From assembly GCF_013365495.1 (NCBI RefSeq), contig NZ_CP046580.1, positions 480,001-512,000 on the forward strand: a DNA stretch of 32,000 nt, in the 5' to 3' direction. Shown here piece after piece: positions 21,103 to 29,825 of this stretch; the first letter of the stretch is position 1; each line of letters starts with the position of its first letter. The notes below the pieces were generated by a model. That model saw only the letters and a program-made list of their open reading frames with translations. It had not been told where the DNA came from and searched no databases. Made by a program: the position numbers and the translations under genes. Source of the stretch: Candidatus Saccharimonadota bacterium (GTDB taxonomy: Bacteria; Pseudomonadota; Alphaproteobacteria; Rickettsiales; Anaplasmataceae).

Positions 21103-22334
21103 TTTCAGGTGTATAAATTAATTTATTGTAACATAATGTAAATAAAATTTAAGTTAATTTTATAAATATAAGAATTAGCATAATTATTATGCCTCTTTTT
21201 GGAAAGATATCTTTAATAACTCAATCGAGTAACTGATCGATTTAATTAAAATTTTTTTTGTGTTTACTCCCGTTTTCAATGAGTTGTCAAACATATATAT
21301 CTCTTCATTCTTGTCGGCGCTATACCACAATGCTTAAAGTAATGTTCATTTATTGCTTACATTTGAATGTAAAACAGAATTTTATCAAAATTAGTATACC
21401 TATTGAACTCAGAACATAATTTTCCGATTTTTAAATTTTCTACTCATTGTCACTCTTCCTACTCAACTAAGGTATATTTAGCGCTTTTTACTCTACTCAT
21501 GATAGCTAAATAAATGAAATAGTAGAAAAAATTATTAAGTTCTAGTGTGGATATTTATGCTGAACTTTTTGATCTATTTATCTTAATTTAGTTTAGTAAA
21601 GTTTTTTTTACCTATAGAGCTTATAATATTTGAAAAAAAACATCATCTTTGAATTCATAAACCAATGTTTATAATTAATGATTAGTAAATGATCGTTATT
21701 AAAGCTAAAGCTATTTTAAAGTTTAATAGTAAACTATAATTTACTATAATAATCATTTAATATATGTATTGACATTAGTAGAAATTTCAGTTCTTTTCTA
21801 TAAAATTTTTGAAGAAGTTAATTAAATCATTAGTAACAATATGTTACTAGTATACATCTACTATTATTTTTACCTTTTATATTATTAAAGCATAATTTTC
21901 AAGATTTTATTGTTTGCTAAATTAATAATTTTTCTTCTTTTAAAGAAAAAAAGAGTCTACCATTCTTAATTTTACATTACAAGTAATTTTCACAGCATTA
22001 TTAATGTATATTTACTAATCAATTAAATATGTACTAAAGAGTTTATATCATTAATATATAATCTACTCTTGCTTCTTTGAATTTAAAAAATTTTCTATGT
22101 ACAATACAATTCACGTTATATTTAGTTAATTTATATTTCCTTAATTAAAATTGGGTAAAATGGAGAGCTAATTTTAAATTTTACTAGTACTGTATTATTA
22201 CTAATCCTTATTATTTCTATTATATAACAATACAATAAAGAATATTAGCTCACTTCATAATTATTATATGATATAATTCACTATATAAGATGAAAGAATA
22301 ATAATATATATTACTCTCAGTACCTTTACTACTT

Positions 22335-22637
22335 TCATATGAAATTATTTGTATAAGATTTTGGTATTCTCCTAATATTTTTTGGCATCTCAATTATATA
22401 TTGAATGTTGCGTTTTTTTACATATGATACTGCTTGTTCAAGAGAATTAAATTTTAATACAATCTGTTTTTGAGGATTTTTTGAACCAATCCACCCCATT
22501 AAAGGTTCAATGTAATAAGAATCTGGCTTTATCCTTAGATGCCAAAAGCGTGTATTACCTAAACCAGATTGCATTGAAGTTTTTGCCGGTTTATAAATCT
22601 TGAAAATTACCTTATCAGTATTCATAGTTTTTATCAA
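22335..22637 (-). CDS. NDUFS4-like 'ETC complex I subunit conserved region' protein
   Basis: 100 aa. KIYKPAKTSMQSG...W.L....IEPLMGW..S.....Q..LKF.S.E.A..Y matches the conserved core of the mitochondrial 18-kDa (NDUFS4) family and its alphaproteobacterial homologs. An alternative start is at Met5. Confidence 0.8.
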   Translation of the reverse strand: MIKTMNTDKVIFKIYKPAKTSMQSGLGNTRFWHLRIKPDSYYIEPLMGWIGSKNPQKQIVLKFNSLEQAVSYVKKRNIQYIIEMPKNIRRIPKSYTNNFI

Positions 22638-22778
22638 AAAAAACTGGATATGTATTTAAATAAATTGTTACTAAAAATTTTTCTTTTCTTATTTTTAAAA
22701 TATAATAATATTGAAAGCTTTTACAAACTTATAAATTAATGTTAAATTAAAGTTTATACATAACTACTAAGATAAGAA

Positions 22779-23423
22779 ATGATTGAACTTGAAGGTCCAG
22801 AAATTTGTGTAAACAAAAATAAGAAAAATTTGATTGTTTGTTTACACGGCTGGGGATCAAGCGGTAGTAATTTTGTTTATCTTGCTAAAATTATGAGCAA
22901 ATTTTTACCTGATTCATACTTTATAGTACCCAATGCCCCATTTAAAAGAGAAATAGGTAATGGTTACCAGTGGTTTAGTTTAGAGGATCGTAGCGAGGAA
23001 GCATTATATAACGGAGTGGAAAACGCTACATTAATAGTAAATCATTTTATTGATGTAAAATTGAAAAAGTTTGGCTTGAAAGATACACAACTTTCTTTAA
23101 TTGGATTTTCTCAAGGTGCAATGCTTGCCATACATATAGCTCTTATCCGACCTCAATCTTGTGCATCGGTTGTTTCATATTCTGGTAGGTTTATTTCTCC
23201 TTCAAAAGTTGCACCCAAGATTAAATCAAGGCCTAATATGTGTGTTATTCATGGCGATGCTGACAACATAGTGCCTTTTTCTTCTCTTAACTTAGCAGTT
23301 AAAGCTTTAAAGAAAAATGGGATAAATGTTGAAGGATATCCGATTAAGAAATTAGAACATATGATCAATGAAGAAGGAATAAAGTTAGGTGTAGAGTTTA
23401 TTAAAAAAAATTTTACAAGCTAA
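22779..23423 (+). CDS. phospholipase/carboxylesterase family alpha/beta hydrolase
   Basis: 214 aa. Oxyanion HGWGSSG, nucleophile elbow GFSQGA, acid in HGDADNIVP, His in LEHMI. Confidence 0.8.
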   Translation: MIELEGPEICVNKNKKNLIVCLHGWGSSGSNFVYLAKIMSKFLPDSYFIVPNAPFKREIGNGYQWFSLEDRSEEALYNGVENATLIVNHFIDVKLKKFGLKDTQLSLIGFSQGAMLAIHIALIRPQSCASVVSYSGRFISPSKVAPKIKSRPNMCVIHGDADNIVPFSSLNLAVKALKKNGINVEGYPIKKLEHMINEEGIKLGVEFIKKNFTS

Positions 23424-23427
23424 TTTT

Positions 23428-24225
23428 ATGCATTTATTTTGTTTTGGTTACGGATATGTAGCTAAGTTTTTATCGAAAAGTTTATTGGATTTAAATTGGA
23501 AAATTAGTGGTACTTCAAGCAATCAAGATATACAAAAAGTTGATCTTTTTCATTATGATAAAGTAAATGAGTATACCTTTAAAGGTGTAACACATGTTTT
23601 AGTTTCCATTCCTCCAGATGGTGATGATGTGTTAGAGAGGTATAGTCATTATTTTCAAGATATTAAATGGCTTGGATATTTATCTGCAACTAGTGTCTAT
23701 GGTGACCATGCTGGTAATTGGATTACGGAAGAGTCTAAAACGAGACCTATAGAAACTAGAGGAAAAAATCGCCTTAAGTCTGAAAAAAAATGGCTAAGTA
23801 GCAAATTACCTGTACATATTTTCCGTTTAGCTGGAATATATGGTCCTGGTAGAAATGTATTGATTGACTTGCGACTTAATAAAATAAAAAATCTTCAAAA
23901 AGAAGGACATGTTTTCTCTCGTATTCATGTTGAGGATATATCGAATATTTTATTTTCTTCTATGAAGAATATAAAACCTGGGGAAATATATAATTGTGCA
24001 GACGATTTACCTGCTACACGATTTGAGATAGTGACATATGCAGCTAAACTTTTAAGAATTAATGTTCCAAAATTGGTAGAGATTTCTTCTTTATCAAAGA
24101 ATGCACAAAGTTTTTACTTAAGATCAAAAAAAGTAAGCAACGTTAAAGTTAAAACAGATCTTGGTATCTCTTTAATTTATCCTACTTATAAAGTGGGACT
24201 GGAAAGTTTATATTTTAAAGATTAA
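23428..24225 (+). CDS. NAD(P)-binding Rossmann-fold protein (SDR / epimerase-dehydratase-like)
   Basis: 265 aa. N-terminal glycine-rich FCFGYGYVA, plus SATSVYG and AGIYGPGR resembling extended-SDR motifs. It lies 4 nt downstream of the esterase gene, so it is probably co-transcribed. Confidence 0.6.
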   Translation: MHLFCFGYGYVAKFLSKSLLDLNWKISGTSSNQDIQKVDLFHYDKVNEYTFKGVTHVLVSIPPDGDDVLERYSHYFQDIKWLGYLSATSVYGDHAGNWITEESKTRPIETRGKNRLKSEKKWLSSKLPVHIFRLAGIYGPGRNVLIDLRLNKIKNLQKEGHVFSRIHVEDISNILFSSMKNIKPGEIYNCADDLPATRFEIVTYAAKLLRINVPKLVEISSLSKNAQSFYLRSKKVSNVKVKTDLGISLIYPTYKVGLESLYFKD

Positions 24226-24305
24226 AACTGCATTAACAAGTAAATTAAGTTGAGGAAGTGTTACTTAACATTGCTGATTAACATTTAATTTTTATAAATC
24301 TCTTT

Positions 24306-24335
24306 TATAAGAATATTTTTTATAAGAATATTTTT
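24306..24335. repeat. perfect 15-bp tandem duplication (tataagaatattttt x2) with two further TTTATAAG(A/T)A copies downstream
   Basis: Read directly from the sequence. Additional copies of the palindromic-core motif are at 24380-24389 and 24402-24411. Confidence 0.85.
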
Positions 24336-24559
24336 TTTAACTCTGAAGCTATGATTTTTTAAAAAACTTAGGATTTTTCTTTATAAGAAAAAAGGCTTAC
24401 TTTTATAAGTACGTTTTAGCCTGAATATATAATATAAAATAAATTTTATTGGAAAGAGTTCTTTTATTTAAAGACATAAAATACGCATAGTGTAAAAGTG
24501 AGATATTAAACGTAAAAATAATGCTTTTGTATTGTAATTGCACAAATTTAAAATTAAAG

Positions 24560-24597
24560 ACTCTTAACTCCTTATAGTAAAGGAGCTAATTAAGAGT
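24560..24597 (+). other. imperfect 14-bp hairpin (8 bp + 4-nt bulge + 6 bp, 6-nt loop) in dnaE upstream spacer
   Basis: actcttaa-ctcctt / atagta / aaggag-(ctaa)-ttaagagt. A T6 run follows about 10 nt later. It could be an orphan terminator, a small RNA 3' end or a 5'-UTR structure. Confidence 0.3.
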
Positions 24598-24700
24598 ATC
24601 AAAAAGTTTTTTGCTGGTACTTGAGTAAATTTTTGTTTTTGTAAGTTGTATTTTTATAGATAAATTAATGATATTCTCTTACTGCTAATTTTAAATTTTT

Positions 24701-27700
24701 ATGTTCATACATCTACGTGTTCATAGTATTTATTCGCTACTTGAGAGTTCAGTTACAATTGAGGAATTAATTTGCCTTTGCTTACAGTATAAAATGCCAG
24801 CAGTTGCGATTACTGATTCAGGTAATTTATTTGGCTCACTTGAATTTGCAGAATATGCGGCAAGTAAAGGAATACAGCTAATAATAGGATGTAATATCAT
24901 AGTTCAACATTCAAAACAAAATTTACCCATATTACTACTTGCAAAAAATAAGCAAGGTTATGCTAACTTAGTCACTCTGGTAAGTGAATCTTTTAAAAAG
25001 CGTAAAAGCACTAACGATATTTCTTACATTAATTTTACTGAGCTATTAAATTTAAGTTCAGGTCTAATTGCTTTAACTGGTGGGTATGATGGAATATTAG
25101 TTCAACTGTTATTAAAGCAAGATAGAGAAATGGTAGAAAAATTACTCCTGGCATTCAATGGTCATTTATACGTTGAATTACAACGTCATGGGCTTAGTAA
25201 AAGGTTAGTAGAAGTTGAGAAAACTTTACTAAGCTTTGCTTACAAGCACAATGTACCACTTGTTGCAACAAACGATGTATTTTTTTTAAATAGGTCTGAC
25301 TATGAAGCTCATGTTATATTAACATGTATATCAGAAGGAAATTACGTTCTCGAAGAGAATAAGAAAAAAACAACTACTACTACTGAGCATTATTTTAAAT
25401 CCATGATAGAAATGGAGAGGCTATTTAGTGATATTCCTGAAGCAATTCATAACACTTCAGTGATAGCTAGAAGGTGCTCTTATATGCCAAGAAGTAGGCA
25501 ACCTATTTTGCCTAAATTTCCTTGTCGAGAGAATAAAACTGAGAATGAAGAACTTAGGGAACAAGCAATTGCAGGATTAAAATTACGTATTGCAAGTAAA
25601 ATAAATATAGATCTTGAGCGATATTTTAATAGGCTAAATTATGAATTGGGTGTGATCACCTCAATGAATTATTCTGGATATTTTTTGATAGTTTCTGATT
25701 TTATTCGTTGGAGTAAAATAAATGGCATTCCAGTTGGTCCAGGAAGAGGTTCTGGAGCTGGATCAATCGTCGCTTGGGCCTTACAAATTACAGATCTTGA
25801 TCCAATAAAATTTGGTTTGATTTTTGAAAGATTTTTAAACCCTGATCGTGTATCAATGCCTGACTTTGATATCGATTTTTGTCAAGAAAAGAGAGACTTA
25901 GTTATTGATTATGTCCGAAAGAAGTATGGTTATGTTGCTCAAATAATCACTTTTGGAAAATTACAAGCAAGGGCTGTGTTACGTGATGTTGGTAGGGTAC
26001 TACAAATGCCTTATATTCAGGTAGATAAAATATCTAAAATGGTCCCATTTAATCCAGTAAATCCTGTAACGCTGTCACAGGCAATAAAACTTGATAGAAA
26101 TTTGCAAAAAGAACGAGACAGTGATGAAGTAATTGCAAAACTTCTTGATATCTCTCTTAAACTTGAAGGAATATATCGTCATATTTCAACTCATGCTGCT
26201 GGAATTGTGATATGTGATCAAAAATTGGAAAATTTTGTTCCTATTTATTATGATCCAAGTTCAGCTCTTCCAATTACTCAGTATAGTATGAAGTATGTGG
26301 AAAAAGCTGGACTAATAAAATTTGATTTTCTCGGACTTGGTACGCTAACACTAATAGATCATGTATGCCATTTAATTGGCCGTAATGGAAAAAAAATTGA
26401 TATTTCTTTAATTTCTTTAAATGACTATAAAACTTATGAAATGCTTTCAAGAGGTGAAGCGATCGGAGTATTTCAACTTGAAAGTTCGGGAATGAGGGAG
26501 GCTTTAATTAAATTAAAACCAGACTGTATCGAGGATATTATTGCTTTAATCTCTCTCTATCGTCCTGGTCCTATAAATAATATTTCAACTTACATTGCAA
26601 GAAAACATGGACTTGAAAAGCCAGATTATATTCATCCCTTGCTTGAAGAAACATTAAAAGAAACATTTGGAGTAATAATTTATCAAGAGCAAGTAATGGA
26701 AATAGCACGTATTCTTTCTGGATATAGCCTGGCTGAAGCTGATCTACTTAGGCGTGCTATGAGTAAGAAAATTAAAGAAGAAATGGATAAGCAACGCAAA
26801 TTTTTCGTTCAGGGGGCAATAAAAAATGGTATTGATTATGATAGGGCCAGTCATATTTTTGATCTTGTTGCAAAATTCGCTGGTTACGGATTTAATAAAT
26901 CTCATGCAGCTGCATATGCAGTGATATCTTACCAAACAGCTTATCTTAAAGCTAATTACCCATTAGAATTCTTTACAGCCTCAATGAATTTAAACATTAG
27001 TGATAGAGACAAACTAAATTTGTTTTACTATGCTGCAAAAATATGTGGAGTGACTATTCTTCCACCTGATATAAATAAATCCCAAGCTTTATTTTCAATA
27101 GAGGGAGAACACATACGATATGGTATTGCTGCTTTGCGTAATGTTGGTTTCTCTATAGCAGAGGGAATAGTCAATATGAGTCAAAGCATTTATCAAAATA
27201 TATGGGAATTTATTCAAAATTCAGGACACTTGATAAATAAAAGAGCACTAGAAAGCTTAATTAAAGCTGGAGTATTTGATAGTATACATAAAAATAGAAA
27301 GCAGTTATATGAGTCAATAGATACACTAATTTATTTTGCAAATAAAAATAGACAAAATAAAGAATCAACCCAAGCTGTTTTATTTGATAATCTTGATTAC
27401 TTTAAACTAAAACTTGAAGACGTAAAAGACTTTAATGAAGAAGAAAAACTGGAGCACGAGTTATTTTCACTAGGGTTTTACTTAACTAATCATCCGCTTG
27501 AAAAATTTAGAACACTTTTAGAAAAATTAAATATTGGATTTTTTAGAAAGAATAGAACAACAAAAGTTGCCGGTATAATATTAAATGTGTGTATGAGAAC
27601 TTCAGAGTACGGAAGATTTATTATACTTAAGCTTTCAGATCCAGATTCCATTTTTGAGATAGCATTTTATAACAACACAATAATAGAAAGGAAAAGAAAT

Positions 27701-28045
27701 TTATTTTTGCCCAGAGAACTTGTTATAATTGATCTTGAAAATTCAGAAAGTACAATAAAATTAGTTGGTAAGGATATATTTGAATTTACAAAAGGAATCA
27801 CTTCTATAATTAAAAAACTAATCTTAATTGGATGTGCAGATTCGCACAAAGTTGCTATGGAACTAAATTCAATATTAAAAAACAGGGGTAAAACTAAAGT
27901 AATGATAGAACTTTTTCTTGAAAAAACTAAAGTAAGTATTTTATTGCCAGATACATATTTAATTACCCCTCAGGTTGCTCATGAAATATCTAATTTAAGT
28001 TGGGTTAAGGATATGAAGATCAATACAAATAGCTTGCTTATGTAA
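24701..28045 (+). CDS. dnaE: DNA polymerase III subunit alpha
   Basis: 1114 aa. N-terminal PHP domain (FIHLRVHSIYSLLES), palm motifs GPGRGSGAGSIVAWALQITDLDPI and PDFDIDF, and FNKSHAAAYA in the fingers/HhH region. Confidence 0.97.
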   Translation: MFIHLRVHSIYSLLESSVTIEELICLCLQYKMPAVAITDSGNLFGSLEFAEYAASKGIQLIIGCNIIVQHSKQNLPILLLAKNKQGYANLVTLVSESFKKRKSTNDISYINFTELLNLSSGLIALTGGYDGILVQLLLKQDREMVEKLLLAFNGHLYVELQRHGLSKRLVEVEKTLLSFAYKHNVPLVATNDVFFLNRSDYEAHVILTCISEGNYVLEENKKKTTTTTEHYFKSMIEMERLFSDIPEAIHNTSVIARRCSYMPRSRQPILPKFPCRENKTENEELREQAIAGLKLRIASKINIDLERYFNRLNYELGVITSMNYSGYFLIVSDFIRWSKINGIPVGPGRGSGAGSIVAWALQITDLDPIKFGLIFERFLNPDRVSMPDFDIDFCQEKRDLVIDYVRKKYGYVAQIITFGKLQARAVLRDVGRVLQMPYIQVDKISKMVPFNPVNPVTLSQAIKLDRNLQKERDSDEVIAKLLDISLKLEGIYRHISTHAAGIVICDQKLENFVPIYYDPSSALPITQYSMKYVEKAGLIKFDFLGLGTLTLIDHVCHLIGRNGKKIDISLISLNDYKTYEMLSRGEAIGVFQLESSGMREALIKLKPDCIEDIIALISLYRPGPINNISTYIARKHGLEKPDYIHPLLEETLKETFGVIIYQEQVMEIARILSGYSLAEADLLRRAMSKKIKEEMDKQRKFFVQGAIKNGIDYDRASHIFDLVAKFAGYGFNKSHAAAYAVISYQTAYLKANYPLEFFTASMNLNISDRDKLNLFYYAAKICGVTILPPDINKSQALFSIEGEHIRYGIAALRNVGFSIAEGIVNMSQSIYQNIWEFIQNSGHLINKRALESLIKAGVFDSIHKNRKQLYESIDTLIYFANKNRQNKESTQAVLFDNLDYFKLKLEDVKDFNEEEKLEHELFSLGFYLTNHPLEKFRTLLEKLNIGFFRKNRTTKVAGIILNVCMRTSEYGRFIILKLSDPDSIFEIAFYNNTIIERKRNLFLPRELVIIDLENSESTIKLVGKDIFEFTKGITSIIKKLILIGCADSHKVAMELNSILKNRGKTKVMIELFLEKTKVSILLPDTYLITPQVAHEISNLSWVKDMKINTNSLLM

Positions 28046-28092
28046 AAGAGTATGAATATAATAAAAATTAGTTAACATTTAAGGTTAGAATA

Positions 28093-28869
28093 GTGAATTT
28101 TTATGAATTTACTTTTGTGGCACAACAAGGCTTACTACAGCAAGAAGTAGAAGGAATGCTCCAAGAGTTAGTTATTTTATTAAAAAATATTAAAAGAGAT
28201 ATTCTTTTTCAAGGGGTCAAAGGTTTTTTAGAAAACAAAAAACTTACGAAACAAAAACTAGAAATATGCTCTAAGACTATTCAAGAGAGTTTAATTCATT
28301 ATTCAGATTTTTTAGAAAATTTCGTAAAAATTTTATTTATTGAACTAGAAGAAAATTTTTCAAATTTAAAAGAAATTAAATTAAAAATTGGTAAGGAGTT
28401 GAAAAATGAATTAAAAAATTTAGAAATAGTGCAAAATTTCATCAGAACCTTAGAGAGTGGTAAGCAAATTACTAAGAATAATTTTATTCGCAATATAGTA
28501 AGTACTTTAAAAGTAAGTATCTCAGAGAATTTAGCAAAGATTTTTCAAGATATTTTAAAAGATTGTGAAGCAATAAATTTAGATGAGTTAGATAAAATAT
28601 TAAAAGTTCTTTTAGAAAATGTTGTAGCTTTAGGATTAATAAAATATGAATACTGGGGTTTACTAGATTTTGCATACCCAATAAATAAGATGAAGAGTGG
28701 TCATTATTGTATAATGTGTATAAGTTCAACTTCGGGTATTATGGAAGAATTTATACGTAGAATAAAGCTTAATGAAAATATTATTCGTCATTTATTTATA
28801 CAAGTTAATAAATTTTTTGAAGGGAAATCTTATATGATAAATAAACAAGTCGAGGAGCAAAGTGCATAA
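28093..28869 (+). CDS. rpsF: 30S ribosomal protein S6 with ~145-aa internal insertion
   Basis: GTG start. Residues 1-34 ([24 protein letters not shown]...) align to the S6 beta1-alpha1 region. Residues ~182-240 ([29 protein letters not shown]...IIRHLFIQV) align to the S6 core (compare E. coli [26 protein letters not shown]...VIRSMVMR). It sits in the canonical rpsF-rpsR-rplI position, with a TAATG overlap onto rpsR. Confidence 0.8.
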   Translation: MNFYEFTFVAQQGLLQQEVEGMLQELVILLKNIKRDILFQGVKGFLENKKLTKQKLEICSKTIQESLIHYSDFLENFVKILFIELEENFSNLKEIKLKIGKELKNELKNLEIVQNFIRTLESGKQITKNNFIRNIVSTLKVSISENLAKIFQDILKDCEAINLDELDKILKVLLENVVALGLIKYEYWGLLDFAYPINKMKSGHYCIMCISSTSGIMEEFIRRIKLNENIIRHLFIQVNKFFEGKSYMINKQVEEQSA

Positions 28870-29147
28870 TGGTAAAAAAAAGGAGCAGTTTTAATGATTC
28901 TTATTCTATGAATAACAATAGAACTGCTGGATTCAGGCGCTCTAAGGTTTGCCCTCTTGCTGCATTCAAAGATGAAGATATAGATTATAAGAATATGGAT
29001 TTATTATCTAAGTTTATTTCTGACTATGGTAGAATATTACCCAGAAGACTAACTGGTGTGTGTGCAAGAAGACAAAGAAAATTGCGTTTAGCAATTATAA
29101 GAGCACGTTTTCTAGCTCTTATTCCTTATTATACTAAAAAGAATTAG
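28869..29147 (+). CDS. rpsR: 30S ribosomal protein S18
   Basis: 92 aa. [26 protein letters not shown]...[18 protein letters not shown] is canonical S18. Confidence 0.95.
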   Translation: MVKKRSSFNDSYSMNNNRTAGFRRSKVCPLAAFKDEDIDYKNMDLLSKFISDYGRILPRRLTGVCARRQRKLRLAIIRARFLALIPYYTKKN

Positions 29148-29153
29148 GCATTT

Positions 29154-29675
29154 ATGTTGATAATTTTAAAGGAAGACATAAGAACTCTTGGTAAGCTAGG
29201 TGAGATTGTGAAAGTAAAACCTGGTTATGCGCGTAATTATCTCTTTCCACAAAAGAAAGCAGTTAAAGCTACTAAAGAGAGTATAGCAAAGCTAGAAGAG
29301 CAGCGTTCCTTTTTAGAAAGAGAAAATATAGAAAAATTAAATTTAGCAAAAAAGTTAGCAGCATCTCTTATTAATAAGTTTGTGATATTAGTAAAACAAG
29401 CTTCTGAAGACGGCAAAATTTTTGGTTCTGTAACTGCGAGAGAAGTTGCAGGATCTTTATTATTTCAAGAACATAAAATTGATCATCGTAAAATATCTTT
29501 TAATGGAATAAAAATAAAAAATTTGGGTGAGTATCAAGTTAATGTAGAGCTGCATAGTGAGGTAGTGGTACCAATTAGCGTGTATGTTGTTAGGTCAGAA
29601 ACAGATATTCATGAGCTAGAAAGGGTAAAATTACAAAATCAAAAACAGCAGTCGCAACAACATAAGATTGAATAA
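29154..29675 (+). CDS. rplI: 50S ribosomal protein L9
   Basis: 173 aa. The N-terminus IILKEDIRTLGKLGEIVKVKPGYARNYLFPQKKA is canonical L9. Confidence 0.95.
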   Translation: MLIILKEDIRTLGKLGEIVKVKPGYARNYLFPQKKAVKATKESIAKLEEQRSFLERENIEKLNLAKKLAASLINKFVILVKQASEDGKIFGSVTAREVAGSLLFQEHKIDHRKISFNGIKIKNLGEYQVNVELHSEVVVPISVYVVRSETDIHELERVKLQNQKQQSQQHKIE

Positions 29676-29825
29676 GATTTAAGTAAAGAAGCTATTGGTA
29701 GTGTAAAATTGACCAAGTATAATTTCTCATCCTAATTACAAGGGAATATTTTATAGCTAAATTAGTGCTATCTCAAATATAAATTTTGAATACTTACAAA
29801 AATGAGAACGGAGGGAGTTATTTTA

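Noticed and set aside
21546-21554. DnaA-box-like 9-mer TGTGGATAT (8/9 to TGTGGATAA) in the 1.2-kb spacer, raising the idea of an origin of replication.
   Set aside because: It is a single imperfect box with no cluster of boxes. I identified no adjacent AT-rich unwinding repeats distinguishable from the background, and none of the flanking genes usually associated with Anaplasmataceae origins is present.
28093-28869. The long rpsF ORF could be a fusion of S6 with a second gene, or two mis-joined genes.
   Set aside because: The S6-homologous sequence is split by the extra segment (N-terminal strand-helix before it, remainder of the fold after it) in one continuous frame. This is an internal insertion rather than an end-to-end fusion, and it is reported as a finding.
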